From Chitinophagales bacterium (lineage in GTDB: Bacteria > Bacteroidota > Bacteroidia > Chitinophagales > JADIYW01): a DNA stretch of 64,000 nt. The stretch lies in assembly GCA_046329805.1 (NCBI GenBank), contig JAXLUA010000003.1:134327-198326 (forward strand), written 5' to 3'. Below the pieces are notes generated by a model. The model was not told where the DNA came from, did no database searches, and saw nothing but the letters and a program-made list of their open reading frames with translations. Shown here one piece after another: positions 51,776 to 62,445 of the stretch; position 1 is the stretch's first letter; every line of letters begins with the position of its first letter. The position numbers were made by a program, and so were the translations under genes.

Positions 51776-52996
51776 CTAAAAGTACAAACCTCTTCGCTTT
51801 AAATGGTGAGATAAGGAAAGATAATTTTCGGCAATTTTGTTCTCCTGTTCCCAATATTCAGTACTTTCTTCTTCAAAGAATTCTTTTAAATAGAGGAAAA
51901 AATCATTGGTGTCATTCATGTTTTTAATGTATTCTATAAATGCTTCTTCACTTTCAATCATCGGTGTGTTACGCGAATATTTTTTATATTCATCCAAATA
52001 TTCTTGGTATTTTTGTTTGTAGTATAGTAAATGTTCTTCCTTTTTAGTTCGAACAAAACTTTCTTGGAAATCGTCAGGATGTTCTTCTTCCACTCTATAT
52101 TTTCCAAGCATGTCATGATAATATTTATCAAATAAATGATAAAATTTGAAAAGATATTCAAAATCCTTTGTACTTATTTTTAAATTACGTTGATTGAAAA
52201 ATGCAGTTCTTTCGGGATATTCATAATCAACTTCTTCAAATAAAAATAGAGTAAGTGCTTTTCCTGCTTCTTCATATTTAACTAACCATTCTAATAATTG
52301 CAGTTCATTATTTTCATCAATATTTTGAAATTCTTCTACAGCTTGTTTGGCTTCATCTGTTGTTTCTAAAAATTCCATTAGTTCTTCAATGTCTGAATAC
52401 AACCAAAAGAATTTATCACTATATGTATAGCTATAAGGCAAACTTCTTGATTCATATAAATCAGAATATTTTTCAAACCAAGCACCATACAATTCTTTAT
52501 TAATAATTTCCTCTTGATGTTGCATTAATTCTTCATACGCCGATTTATATTTTTGAATTTCAATTAAAAAATATTCACTTGGGTTGAAGTCTGCTTTCTC
52601 ATCCTGCTTTATTTCAATACGTATTGAATTTCCAATTTCTACAGTTTCATCATTAATATGGAAACCACTGCAATAATGAATATCTTTTGTAATCTCTTTT
52701 AAATCTTTAAAAATAAAGCCACTGTGTTTTTTAGAATGATTGCCTACAAACGAATATCCTGTACAACCTTTGTTCGGACACCTGTCTATATTGGAATTAC
52801 AAACTCCGCTGTGTGCTTGTAAATGAGTATCGCCACTTGCTTTAAATTCGGTAAATACTTTATTTACTTTCCTCAAAAAAACTTCTTTTGTAGCATCTTG
52901 ATAAGTTTTATTATTATCTAATAGAGTTTCAAGCAGGGTAATGTCCATTTTTTGGAAAGCTCCCACAATCTGATTTATCTTTTCTTGATTAGGCAT
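51776..52996 (-). CDS. Orphan hypothetical protein (406 aa): N-terminal Cys/His cluster plus acidic, aromatic-rich helical body
   Basis: Uninterrupted 406-aa ORF in very AT-rich DNA. ..HSGVCNSNIDRCPNKGCTGYSFVGNHSKKH...HYCSGFH... No family recognised. Confidence 0.65.
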   Translation of the reverse strand: MPNQEKINQIVGAFQKMDITLLETLLDNNKTYQDATKEVFLRKVNKVFTEFKASGDTHLQAHSGVCNSNIDRCPNKGCTGYSFVGNHSKKHSGFIFKDLKEITKDIHYCSGFHINDETVEIGNSIRIEIKQDEKADFNPSEYFLIEIQKYKSAYEELMQHQEEIINKELYGAWFEKYSDLYESRSLPYSYTYSDKFFWLYSDIEELMEFLETTDEAKQAVEEFQNIDENNELQLLEWLVKYEEAGKALTLFLFEEVDYEYPERTAFFNQRNLKISTKDFEYLFKFYHLFDKYYHDMLGKYRVEEEHPDDFQESFVRTKKEEHLLYYKQKYQEYLDEYKKYSRNTPMIESEEAFIEYIKNMNDTNDFFLYLKEFFEEESTEYWEQENKIAENYLSLSHHLKRRGLYF

Positions 52997-53021
52997 TTAT
53001 GTTTTTTTATAACCTTTTCTA

Positions 53022-53100
53022 AAAACAGATTAAGACTATCTTTGTTTAATATAAATAATTGATTTATTATTTCACAAATCCAACAAAATTTGGGACGATA
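53022..53100. repeat. 79-bp direct repeat, copy 2
   Basis: See 51686..51764. Lies between the orphan gene start (52996) and the divergent acylase gene (53150). Confidence 0.95.
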
Positions 53101-53149
53101 AATATACTACTTTCTTTTATTTCCTATCTTTAAGAAATAAGAATTACGT

Positions 53150-55519
53150 ATGTCCATTTTAAATAATATAGGCGGGGTACTTTTAAAGCCCGTTATTAAG
53201 GAGATGAGTCGCTCCCGATTACCCAAATTAGAAGGGCAACTCCACGTAGAAGGCTTAAAGGAAGATGTAGAAATAATTCGCGATGAGTGGGGTATTGCTC
53301 ATATTTATGCCAAAAACATAAACGACTTGTTATTTGCGCAAGGTTTTGTGCATGCACAAGACCGGCTTTTTCAAATGGAGTTAAACAGAAAAGTAGCACG
53401 CGGATGCTTGAGCGAAATTATCGGAAATAAGGCATTAGACAGTGACAGAATAGCCCGAACAATGGGATATGAGCGAGTGGCAAAAGAAGATTGGGAATTA
53501 TTAAACGAACAAGAGCAACATTTAATTATTGACTATTGCAATGGCATAAATGCATATATTAAAAGCCCGGATTTTAAATTGCCGGTAGAGTTCTCTTTAC
53601 TCAAGCATCGTCCCGAACCATGGACTCCGATGGATGTCACCTCATTCAGCCGATTGCTTATTTCTTTATTAACTTGGGGGTGGTACGATGAAATTATTCG
53701 GGCAAAACTAATAGAGGCTGTAGGCTGGGAAGCAGCAGCGGAATTAGACAACACTTATCCTAAAGACAATCCAATAACCCTGCCGAAAGGTATTGAATTT
53801 AATCGCTTAGATATTTCGGGCAAGTTTGAGGCAATGCGCGGCCCATATATTCCGCAAATTAGCGGCAGCAATGCGTGGACAGTAAGTGGCAGCAAAACCA
53901 AAACGGGTAAGCCATTCTTATGCAACGATCCGCATCTTACTTTAAAAAATCCGAATATCTGGTACATGAATCATTTGCATTGTCCGGAACTGCAAGCCTC
54001 CGGGGTTTCAGCTCCTGCTTTGCCAATGGTATTAATTGGACACAATGAAAAAATAGGCTGGGGTATTACGTTATCTTTTACGGATATCGAAGATGTCTTT
54101 GTAGAAAAATTTACCGATGAAACTTGCACTTCGTATATCCACGAAGGAAAACTAAAAGCAACCAATATCATTGAAGAGAAAATTTTTATAAAAGGAGAGC
54201 CTATGCCTCATATCGAGAAAGTATATGAAACCATACATGGTACTTTAATTTCAGATGTTACCGGACATTCCAATATGAAACTCACTTTATGTTCCATGGC
54301 CTATCGACAAGGCACATCGTTAAAGGGTTGGTTTTTATTAAATACCGCTAAAAACTGGAACGATTTTGTTGAAGGCGTAAAATATATTACGGCGCCCGGA
54401 TTAAACATTGTATATGCGGATACCAGCAGCAATATCGGGTATTACAACTCAGGGAAAGTTCCTATTCGCGATAAAGCAACAGCCTCTGTGCCACAACCCA
54501 GTTGGACGGGCGAGCATGATTGGAAATCTTTTGTACCGTTTGAAGAAATGCCTCATGCATTTAATCCTGAAAAAGGATATATCGTAACGGCAAACCACAA
54601 AATTGAACCTGATGATTTTCCGTATTTCCTCGGCGATATTTACATGAATGGATATCGTGCCAACCGACTGGAAAATATGATACAGCGCAAAGAGAAATTA
54701 GAGGCGAAAGATTTTACAGATATGCAAATGGATTTTTATTGCACTCCTGCTAAACAATTTGCTGCACATTTCAAAAACATACAAATGGACAACGCAGAGT
54801 TGCAACGTTATTTGGATATGTTGTTAAATTGGAATGGCATTTTAGATCCGGAAAAAATTGAAGGCAGCCTTTATAAAGTAGGGAAACTCATGGTGGTAAA
54901 GAAGTTATTTTCTGCTTCTATCCATGATGTAAAATTAGTAGATGAATTATTGGGACACGGCTTCCATACTATTTTTGGTCCCGTAAACGCCTATCTAGGA
55001 CACAATACCCCTATTTTATTGCGTATTTTAGACAATGAAGATTCTGTATGGCTAAAAGCAGCAGGTGGAAAAGAGCAATTATTAAAAGAAGGGTTTAAAA
55101 GTGCTATTGATTGGCTAAAACTAAACTATGGAACAAAGTCTCAAAAATGGAAATGGGGAGAATTACATGCCATTGTTTTCCCTCACGCATTGAGTGCGCA
55201 GCCGCCCTTAGACAAAGTATTCAATATAGGTCCCTTCCCGATTGGTGGCGATACGGATACGCCATTTCAAACATTTATTATGTCGGCAGAAGGCTATGGC
55301 GGAGAATTATCGGCACCATCCTATCGGCAAATTATAGACTTCTCTGATTTCGATAAATCGACAGTGGTAATGCCGTTGGGTAATTCCGGAAATATGGCAA
55401 GTCCGTTTTATAAAAATCAGTTGCACGATTGGTTTGAAGGAAAAAGCTATCCGATGTGCTGGACAAGAGAAAAAGTGGAACAACACAAGAAACATAGCCT
55501 GGTGTTGAAGAAAAGATAA
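53150..55519 (+). CDS. Penicillin acylase-family Ntn hydrolase (S45; possibly acyl-homoserine-lactone/beta-lactam acylase)
   Basis: Processing-site nucleophile ..QISGSNAWTVSG..GKPFLCNDPHL... 789 aa. Confidence 0.9.
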   Translation: MSILNNIGGVLLKPVIKEMSRSRLPKLEGQLHVEGLKEDVEIIRDEWGIAHIYAKNINDLLFAQGFVHAQDRLFQMELNRKVARGCLSEIIGNKALDSDRIARTMGYERVAKEDWELLNEQEQHLIIDYCNGINAYIKSPDFKLPVEFSLLKHRPEPWTPMDVTSFSRLLISLLTWGWYDEIIRAKLIEAVGWEAAAELDNTYPKDNPITLPKGIEFNRLDISGKFEAMRGPYIPQISGSNAWTVSGSKTKTGKPFLCNDPHLTLKNPNIWYMNHLHCPELQASGVSAPALPMVLIGHNEKIGWGITLSFTDIEDVFVEKFTDETCTSYIHEGKLKATNIIEEKIFIKGEPMPHIEKVYETIHGTLISDVTGHSNMKLTLCSMAYRQGTSLKGWFLLNTAKNWNDFVEGVKYITAPGLNIVYADTSSNIGYYNSGKVPIRDKATASVPQPSWTGEHDWKSFVPFEEMPHAFNPEKGYIVTANHKIEPDDFPYFLGDIYMNGYRANRLENMIQRKEKLEAKDFTDMQMDFYCTPAKQFAAHFKNIQMDNAELQRYLDMLLNWNGILDPEKIEGSLYKVGKLMVVKKLFSASIHDVKLVDELLGHGFHTIFGPVNAYLGHNTPILLRILDNEDSVWLKAAGGKEQLLKEGFKSAIDWLKLNYGTKSQKWKWGELHAIVFPHALSAQPPLDKVFNIGPFPIGGDTDTPFQTFIMSAEGYGGELSAPSYRQIIDFSDFDKSTVVMPLGNSGNMASPFYKNQLHDWFEGKSYPMCWTREKVEQHKKHSLVLKKR

Positions 55520-55564
55520 TTATAGAAACACAACAAATAAAATAACTTTTACAACTAAAAAATT

Positions 55565-56005
55565 ATGAGAAAATATTTTATGCTATTGCTTATCGCCGGC
55601 ATGCTTGGAAATGAATGCTATGCGCAAAAGACTACCGCTAAAGCGGCGAACAAACCAGCGGTTAAAACGAAGACAAAGCCTACAACTACAGTAGATGTCA
55701 GTCCGGATGCCTTAAAATATTCCGCTAACAACAAAGAAGAAGAAATTGCTGTGGATGGTAAAGATGTGGTCATCTCAGGACATGATAATAAACTAAACTT
55801 TACAGGAAAAATTGGCAAATTAATAATTACCGGAAAAGACAACGACATTACCACCCAATCGGTAGCACAAATTTTAGTAACCGGAAACGGCAATTTTGTA
55901 AGCTGGGAAAAAGCACCCAACGGAAAGCCTATTATTTCCGATAAAGGTGGTTACAACAACATTGAGAAACGCTCTTCCGATGCACAAAACCGCAATGGGA
56001 ATTAG
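55565..56005 (+). CDS. Secreted protein with DUF3060-like repeats
   Basis: Signal peptide. Repeats ..VVISGHDNKLNFTGKIGKLIITGKDNDITTQSVAQILVTGNGNFV... The family name is tentative. Confidence 0.55.
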   Translation: MRKYFMLLLIAGMLGNECYAQKTTAKAANKPAVKTKTKPTTTVDVSPDALKYSANNKEEEIAVDGKDVVISGHDNKLNFTGKIGKLIITGKDNDITTQSVAQILVTGNGNFVSWEKAPNGKPIISDKGGYNNIEKRSSDAQNRNGN

Positions 56006-56061
56006 GGTTCAAGCACAACAGAAAAGCGAAAAAATTAGTAGTATCTTTATAAAAACTCAAA

Positions 56062-57003
56062 ATGGCTTTTCATCTATATAATCCGTTAAATTTTAACGAC
56101 CCTGTGGCGTATGCCGTACCGGGTTTTGTATTGCTTATTATCACTGAATTTTTCTTATTCTACAGAAAAAAACACCTCATCGGCAATGCTTTTTATAGAG
56201 ATGCCGCTTCCAGTTTAGGATTAGGTATCGGCTCTACCATTATTGATTTAGCCATGAAATCCATTGCCATTGGATATCTTTTGTGGTTTTATCAGTTCCG
56301 TATTACCAGCCAACTCGGTCCTGATACCGTACAGGAATTAGCAACCTGGCAATGGCATAAAGCCCATTGGTATGTATGGGTTTTACTATTTTTTGCCCAA
56401 GATTTTTTATTTTATTGGTATCACCGCTTTGCGCATGAAATACGTATTTTATGGGCTGCACACGTCAACCATCATTCCTCAGAGTACATGCATTTTTCTA
56501 CCGCATTACGCCAAAGTTGGTTAGAATTATTATTTAAAGATGCTTTCTATATTCCATTGGCATTACTCGGGTTTCATCCAATCATGATTATTACCATGCA
56601 TCAGATCAATTTGATTTACCAATTCCTCCCGCATACCGAAAGTATAAAACGTATGCCGCATTGGTATGAGTTTATCTTCAACACACCGGCACATCACAGA
56701 GTGCATCATTCCAGTGAAATACGTTATCTGGATAAAAACTATGCAGGGATTTTAATAATTTGGGATAGGCTGTTTGGAACTTTTAAAGCAGAAGACATTA
56801 ATGCTTTTCCTGTGTATGGTATCACCAAAAATATTTATACCAACAATCTGCTGAGGATAACTTTTCACGAAGTCCTGAATATCATCAACGATGTAAAAAG
56901 AGCTCCCGATTGGAAAAGCAAACTCAATTATATCTTTCAATCGCCCGGCTGGAGCCACGATGGAGAAGACCAGCGCGCAAAAACCTTACAGAAAAATTTA
57001 TAA
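56062..57003 (+). CDS. Fatty-acid hydroxylase / sterol desaturase-family membrane oxygenase
   Basis: Histidine boxes HRFAHE, HVNHHSSE and HHRVHH. 313 aa. Confidence 0.88.
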   Translation: MAFHLYNPLNFNDPVAYAVPGFVLLIITEFFLFYRKKHLIGNAFYRDAASSLGLGIGSTIIDLAMKSIAIGYLLWFYQFRITSQLGPDTVQELATWQWHKAHWYVWVLLFFAQDFLFYWYHRFAHEIRILWAAHVNHHSSEYMHFSTALRQSWLELLFKDAFYIPLALLGFHPIMIITMHQINLIYQFLPHTESIKRMPHWYEFIFNTPAHHRVHHSSEIRYLDKNYAGILIIWDRLFGTFKAEDINAFPVYGITKNIYTNNLLRITFHEVLNIINDVKRAPDWKSKLNYIFQSPGWSHDGEDQRAKTLQKNL

Positions 57004-57016
57004 CTAATTCAAATGT

Positions 57017-57044
57017 AAAAAGCCGAACTTCTGTTCGGCTTTTT
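57017..57044. terminator. Bidirectional rho-independent terminator between convergent genes
   Basis: aaaa-agccgaac-ttct-gttcggct-tttt: 8-bp perfect stem flanked by an A-run and a T-run. Confidence 0.75.
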
Positions 57045-57058
57045 ACGTTTTTGTATTA

Positions 57059-59653
57059 TCAATTCTGCTCTTCCTTTGCTTTTTTGGGTTTAGATTTTTT
57101 TCTAACTTCAAATTTCAACTTATCTTTTGCTTCCGTATCCATATCGGCAACAATGGTATCGCCCTCACTGATATTCGAATTTAAAATTTCCTCCGCCAGT
57201 GGGTCTTCTACATATTTCTGTATAGCTCTGTGTAATGGTCTTGCTCCAAACTGTGGATCGTATCCTTTTTCAGACAAGAACCCTTTAGCAGCATCGGTTA
57301 ATTCTATTGAATAGCCTAATTTCTCTAATCGTTCGTACATGCCGCCCAATACAATATCGATAATTTTGAAAATTTCTTCTTTCCCCAAACTATTAAATAC
57401 AATCACATCGTCGATACGGTTTAAAAACTCGGGAGAGAATGTTTTTTGCAAGGCTTTTTGGATTACGCCTTTCGCCAAGTTATCTGAATTTTCTTTAATG
57501 GAAGAAGTAGCAAATCCTACGCCTGTTCCAAAATCCTTCAATTGTCGGACACCGATATTGGAAGTCATAATGATAATAGCATTTTTGAAATCTACTTTTC
57601 TACCTAAGCCATCTGTCAATATTCCATCATCTAATACTTGCAACAATACGTTATATACATCGGGATGTGCTTTTTCAATTTCATCTAACAAAATTACGGA
57701 ATAAGGTTTTCTGCGTACTTTCTCGGTAAGCTGTCCGCCTTCTTCATAGCCTACATATCCCGGAGGTGCACCAATCAATCGGGAGATGGAGAATTTTTCC
57801 ATATACTCGCTCATATCTATTCGTATCAGGGCATCTTCTGTGTCGAACATATATCTTGCCAATGCGCGTGCTAACTCCGTTTTTCCGACCCCTGTTGGCC
57901 CTAAGAAAATAAATGAGCCTATCGGTTTTTTGGGGTCTTTTAGTCCCACCCGATTCCGCTGAATGGCTTTCGTAATTTTTGCTACTGCCTCATCTTGTCC
58001 GACAACTTGTTTCTTTAAGTCATCCGACATTTGTACTAATTTCTTGCTTTCGCTTTGCGCTACTCGTTTTACAGGAATACCTGTCATCATGGCCACTACT
58101 TCGGCTATATCTTCATCTGATACCGGGAAACGTTTTGTTTTTGCATCTTCTTCCCAATCGCGTTTTGCTTGCTCTAATTGTTCTTGTAATTTTTTTTCTG
58201 AATCGCGCAAACGGGCAGCTTCTTCGTATCGTTGATTTTTTACTACCTGATTTTTTTCTTCTTTTACCTTTTCAATTTCTTGTTCTAAATGGGTAATATT
58301 TTCCGGTACATGAATATTTTTTAAGTGTACTCTTGCGCCTACTTCATCCATTACATCGATAGCTTTATCGGGCAAAAATCTATCGGTAATGTAGCGTGTA
58401 CTCAATTGTACGCACGCATTTATGGCCTCGGTACTGTACGTTACGCTATGATAGTCTTCATATTTATTTTTTAAATTGGTTAATATCGTCAGCGTTTCTT
58501 CCGGGGTCGGAGGGTCGATAATTACCTTTTGGAAACGTCTGTCTAATGCGCCATCTTTTTCTATGTATTGTCTGTACTCATCTAAGGTAGAGGCACCTAT
58601 GCATTGTAACTCTCCGCGGGCTAATGCCGGTTTAAATATATTAGAAGCATCTAATGAGCCTGTAGCACCGCCGGCACCAACGATAGTATGAATTTCATCA
58701 ATAAATAAAATAACATCTCTGTTTTTTTCTAATTCTGTCATGATGGCTTTCATGCGTTCTTCAAATTGCCCTCTGTATTTAGTACCGGCTACTAATGCAG
58801 CTAAATCTAAGGACACCACACGTTTTCCAAACAAAACGCGAGATACTTTTCGCTGTACAATTCTCAAGGCAAGCCCTTCCACAACGGCAGTTTTTCCTAC
58901 GCCCGGTTCACCAATCAATATTGGGTTGTTCTTTTTTCTACGCGATAGGATTTGCGATACTCGCTCGATTTCTGTTTCTCTTCCTACAATTGGATCCAAC
59001 CTACCTTCTTCTGCCAATCGGGTAATATCTCTACCAAAATTATCCAATACAGGGGTATTCGATTTTACAGCCGACTTTTTGGCAGTTGATGATGCTCCAC
59101 TACCGCCTTGACCGCTATAGCTTCCTTTTTTCTCCTCCTCATCTCCTTCTTCATAAGGTTCATTTGGCAAATCAGAGGTTATATCTCTATATTCTTTGTC
59201 GTTTTCAATTCCTCCGTTTTGCATAAATTCTAACTCTGCACGAAATACCTCATACGTTACATCCCATTTACTCAAAAGTTGGGAAACGATATTCTCTTTA
59301 TTTTTCAAAATAGACAAAAGCAAATGCTCTGTTCCTACGGTATCTTGCTTCATTGATTTAGCTTCTAAAAGCGTTATTTTCAATATCTTTTCGGCTTGTT
59401 TGGTGAGGGGCAAGCTATTTACATTTCCCGAAATGGTAGTCGTCCTGTCTTGGATAACATCTTCTACTTTTTTTCGGAATAAGGCAATGTCTATATCTAA
59501 AGAACGCAATACTTTTATTGCCATTCCATCGCCTTCACGTATTAAACCTAACAATAAATGTTCCACACCGATTTGATCGTGTTTTAAACGGAGGGCTTCT
59601 TCTCGACTATACGAGATTACTTCTTTGACTTTGGGTGAAAATTTTGCTTCCAT
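57059..59653 (-). CDS. clpC: ATP-dependent Clp protease ATP-binding subunit, ClpC-type (two AAA+ modules, Clp_N repeats, UVR motif)
   Basis: Walker A GEPGVGKT and GPTGVGKT. N-terminus [23 protein letters not shown] from the ATG at 59653; the 15 upstream codons of the track ORF are rejected. UVR-like ..[14 protein letters not shown]... Confidence 0.93.
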   Translation of the reverse strand: MEAKFSPKVKEVISYSREEALRLKHDQIGVEHLLLGLIREGDGMAIKVLRSLDIDIALFRKKVEDVIQDRTTTISGNVNSLPLTKQAEKILKITLLEAKSMKQDTVGTEHLLLSILKNKENIVSQLLSKWDVTYEVFRAELEFMQNGGIENDKEYRDITSDLPNEPYEEGDEEEKKGSYSGQGGSGASSTAKKSAVKSNTPVLDNFGRDITRLAEEGRLDPIVGRETEIERVSQILSRRKKNNPILIGEPGVGKTAVVEGLALRIVQRKVSRVLFGKRVVSLDLAALVAGTKYRGQFEERMKAIMTELEKNRDVILFIDEIHTIVGAGGATGSLDASNIFKPALARGELQCIGASTLDEYRQYIEKDGALDRRFQKVIIDPPTPEETLTILTNLKNKYEDYHSVTYSTEAINACVQLSTRYITDRFLPDKAIDVMDEVGARVHLKNIHVPENITHLEQEIEKVKEEKNQVVKNQRYEEAARLRDSEKKLQEQLEQAKRDWEEDAKTKRFPVSDEDIAEVVAMMTGIPVKRVAQSESKKLVQMSDDLKKQVVGQDEAVAKITKAIQRNRVGLKDPKKPIGSFIFLGPTGVGKTELARALARYMFDTEDALIRIDMSEYMEKFSISRLIGAPPGYVGYEEGGQLTEKVRRKPYSVILLDEIEKAHPDVYNVLLQVLDDGILTDGLGRKVDFKNAIIIMTSNIGVRQLKDFGTGVGFATSSIKENSDNLAKGVIQKALQKTFSPEFLNRIDDVIVFNSLGKEEIFKIIDIVLGGMYERLEKLGYSIELTDAAKGFLSEKGYDPQFGARPLHRAIQKYVEDPLAEEILNSNISEGDTIVADMDTEAKDKLKFEVRKKSKPKKAKEEQN

Positions 59654-59888
59654 ATATTGTAATTCACAAATTAAATACCAAGTTGTACCACCTGACAATG
59701 TTACTTAAATAAAAATAGAACGCTTTTTTTATTTTTTATTTTTTTTTTTGCACAATGCGTCAATTTCGGAGGAATATTAACAATTTTATCCGTTAGCCTC
59801 AAATGTACAATCTTATTTATACAAAAAAATATTTATTTTTTTTGCGATTCATTAGTTGCAAAAAAGGAGAGAATATTAAAGTATTTAC

Positions 59889-60284
59889 TTATTTTTTATC
59901 GGTACTTAGTACCATTTTAAGTTTCAGTTTTGCGCCGATAGCCATGATATCTACCAAATCCTGAATAGTAAGATTTTCTGCTACACGCAGCACTACTGTT
60001 GGGTCCGGATTGTTTGCCAATGCAGCACTTAAAGCATTTTCTACCCCTTGTAATGGTATTTCTGTAGTGTTGAGATAATATCGCTTATCGGCAGTAACCG
60101 ATAGAGTAACGGGTTGTTTGGCTAATTGGTCAGAGGTATTGGCTTTGGGCAACATCAATTTAATTACATTGGGGTTGGCCATCGTAGAGATAATCAAGAA
60201 AAACAACATCAGGAAGAACATAATGTCGTTCATAGATGCCATGGCATCTTCATCGTGGAACGGTCTTCTACGTCTAATATTCAT
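59889..60284 (-). CDS. exbD: ExbD/TolR-family biopolymer transport protein
   Basis: 131 aa. ..SMNDIMFFLMLFFLI.. TM followed by a periplasmic domain. Directly downstream of exbB. Confidence 0.88.
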   Translation of the reverse strand: MNIRRRRPFHDEDAMASMNDIMFFLMLFFLIISTMANPNVIKLMLPKANTSDQLAKQPVTLSVTADKRYYLNTTEIPLQGVENALSAALANNPDPTVVLRVAENLTIQDLVDIMAIGAKLKLKMVLSTDKK

Positions 60285-60290
60285 GTGTTG

Positions 60291-61001
60291 TTATTTTACC
60301 GGTTTTTGTATTCCTCTAACGAATTCAAAAATTTGTTTTTCTAACTTTGCCGAATAGTTGTCTATCAACATCAATATAAAGTGATATCCCATGAAAGCAA
60401 CTACCCCTACCACTAAACCGGCACCGGAGGTAATCATTTTTTGATATAAACCGGCAGAAATAGTACCGATAGAAATATCAGCGGTTTGTGAAATGCTATA
60501 AAAGATTTTAATAACCCCTAAGATAGTTCCGATAAAGCCAAGACGAGGGGCAACGCCTGAAATCATGCTAATCCAACCGGTGCGTTTTTCCATCTCGTTT
60601 ATCTCAATATTCGATTGTATTTCTAATGCTTTTTCGATATGGTCAATCGGTTTTCCTAATTGTGAAATACCGGATTGCAGTACATTTCCTAAGGCAGATT
60701 TATCCGCAGTACACAACGCATCTGCACCTTGTATATTTCCTGCATACAATTTATCCAATACATCTCTCACTAAGTTTCCATTAATTGGAGAGCGTTGTCT
60801 GAAAAACAAAAATCTTTCGACAATAAAAAAGATGGCAACTACCAATGCAATGGTTAAAGGCACCATCATAAATCCACCTTTTGCCATTAATTCCAAAACG
60901 GACAAATCTTTTACTGGTGCAGTAGCTGCCGGCAGGATTGCGTTAGCGGTATCTACCACAGCAGTGGTTATTGGTGTAGCTGCTTGCAAGAGTATTCCCA
61001 T
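60291..61001 (-). CDS. exbB: MotA/TolQ/ExbB-family proton channel
   Basis: 236 aa, three TM helices. ..GVAPRLGFIGTILGVI.. and ..SAGLYQKMITSGAGLVVG.. are typical. Confidence 0.9.
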   Translation of the reverse strand: MGILLQAATPITTAVVDTANAILPAATAPVKDLSVLELMAKGGFMMVPLTIALVVAIFFIVERFLFFRQRSPINGNLVRDVLDKLYAGNIQGADALCTADKSALGNVLQSGISQLGKPIDHIEKALEIQSNIEINEMEKRTGWISMISGVAPRLGFIGTILGVIKIFYSISQTADISIGTISAGLYQKMITSGAGLVVGVVAFMGYHFILMLIDNYSAKLEKQIFEFVRGIQKPVK

Positions 61002-61020
61002 AATTCTTTAAATATTTTAG

Positions 61021-61028
61021 CAAAAATA
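61021..61028 (-). promoter_or_regulatory. Candidate -7 box (and -33 at 61048..61051) for exbB-exbD
   Basis: Plus-strand caaaaata is minus-strand TATTTTTG (TAnnTTTG), 20 nt upstream of the exbB ATG. A minus-strand TTTG lies 19 nt further upstream. Confidence 0.45.
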
Positions 61029-61124
61029 AGACTTTACTATTAACGTGCAAATCAAATATACTATTGTGCTGTGGATAACTGAAAAATCAGGTATTTTAAC
61101 TATATTTAGGAATAAAACAACAAC

Positions 61125-62444
61125 ATGGGTATTTTTACAAACTATTTTATGGGTGGATGGTGTCTTATAGTACCATTTTTTTTACAAGCACAATCTACTC
61201 CGATGCCTGAATATAATTTGAATAAAAATATTCCAGGCGCACAATACAAATTTTCATTTGTACATATTTCGGACATACATATCGGCGAGGGGTTTTCAGA
61301 CTATGGCACTCCGGGATATTTCAACGATACTATGCCTGCTAACGACGAGAGCAAGCCTGCAAAAGCCTTACGCCAAGCCGTAAAATGGATAAATGCACGA
61401 AAAGACGATAAAAACATAAAATTTGTGGTCGTTTCGGGCGACTTAACAGGTAGTGCCGAGAAATCTGAATTTAAGATGAGCAAGCTAATTTTAGATGGAT
61501 TAGAAATTCCTTACGTGCCAATTATCGGCAACCATGACATCTGGCCATATACTCGTTATCAAGACGAAGCTCCTTATGCCTGTGGCGATTCTGTGATGAA
61601 TGAAGTATTTTCAGAGGTTTACGAAAAAAATAAATTGTTTTTTCAAAATTGGAACGATGGCACCCGACTGATTAGAACGTATAATCCCGAATCAAAACGA
61701 GAACATTATTTGCAAAATTTTTCTTTTGAGTATGATGGATTTGTTTTCTATGGATTGGATTTTAATCCGAGATATCATGTAAATAAAGCAGAACCCGGAA
61801 TTGGGCCGGAAGCGCGACTGATGGACTGGCAAGGAGGTACTTTTCGCTGGCTGAAAAACGAATTAGCCAATCAACCGAATAAGAAGAACCACAATATATG
61901 TTTCATCTCTCATCATCCTGCCACCGACAATTTATTATTCATACTTTCGGGATTTGTATTTAGCGGCGAAGATTACTTAAAAATGGTAAATATGCTCGAA
62001 CCTTATCGTCAAAATTTAGGGCTCTGGATGGCAGGGCACATCCATATCGACTATGACTACCCCTTGGTTAATAATATTATGCAAGTTCGCGGAATTGCCG
62101 CCAACAAAGAATACGATTCTTCTTACTTTGAAATTGTAAATGTATATGAAGTACCCGACTTATCTACTGCAATTCATACCCCAATAAGTACAAAAAAAGA
62201 AATGACAGTTTTCCCCAATCCGAACCATGGGAAATTTACGGTTGCCGATGAATTATTTGACGGTAATGCTGTATTGCGAATTTATAACTCTTTCGGAATA
62301 ATGTTGGTAGATAAGCAGATGAAAGAATTTTCAGCCGGCAACGGATTTTATCAATTTGATTTTTCGTATTTACCCAAAGGTTCGTATATTATTTCGGTAA
62401 CAGATAATCAGCAAACAAACGCACAGCAATTCTTTATTCAATAA
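61125..62444 (+). CDS. Calcineurin-like metallophosphoesterase with T9SS C-terminal sorting domain
   Basis: ..FVHISDIHIG.., ..VVSGDLT.., ..IGNHD.., ..ISHHP.., ..AGHIH... CTD ..VFPNPNHGKFTV...GSYIISVTD...FFIQ. Confidence 0.88.
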   Translation: MGIFTNYFMGGWCLIVPFFLQAQSTPMPEYNLNKNIPGAQYKFSFVHISDIHIGEGFSDYGTPGYFNDTMPANDESKPAKALRQAVKWINARKDDKNIKFVVVSGDLTGSAEKSEFKMSKLILDGLEIPYVPIIGNHDIWPYTRYQDEAPYACGDSVMNEVFSEVYEKNKLFFQNWNDGTRLIRTYNPESKREHYLQNFSFEYDGFVFYGLDFNPRYHVNKAEPGIGPEARLMDWQGGTFRWLKNELANQPNKKNHNICFISHHPATDNLLFILSGFVFSGEDYLKMVNMLEPYRQNLGLWMAGHIHIDYDYPLVNNIMQVRGIAANKEYDSSYFEIVNVYEVPDLSTAIHTPISTKKEMTVFPNPNHGKFTVADELFDGNAVLRIYNSFGIMLVDKQMKEFSAGNGFYQFDFSYLPKGSYIISVTDNQQTNAQQFFIQ

Positions 62445-62445
62445 T

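Noticed and set aside
59724-59749. T7-A-T6-A-T11 tract between exbD and clpC, a possible slipped-strand phase-variation site.
   Set aside because: It lies about 70-95 nt upstream of the clpC start, outside any coding frame or obvious -33/-7 spacer. It is more simply an A/T-rich UP-like or terminator-adjacent tract. It cannot be evaluated without population sequence data.
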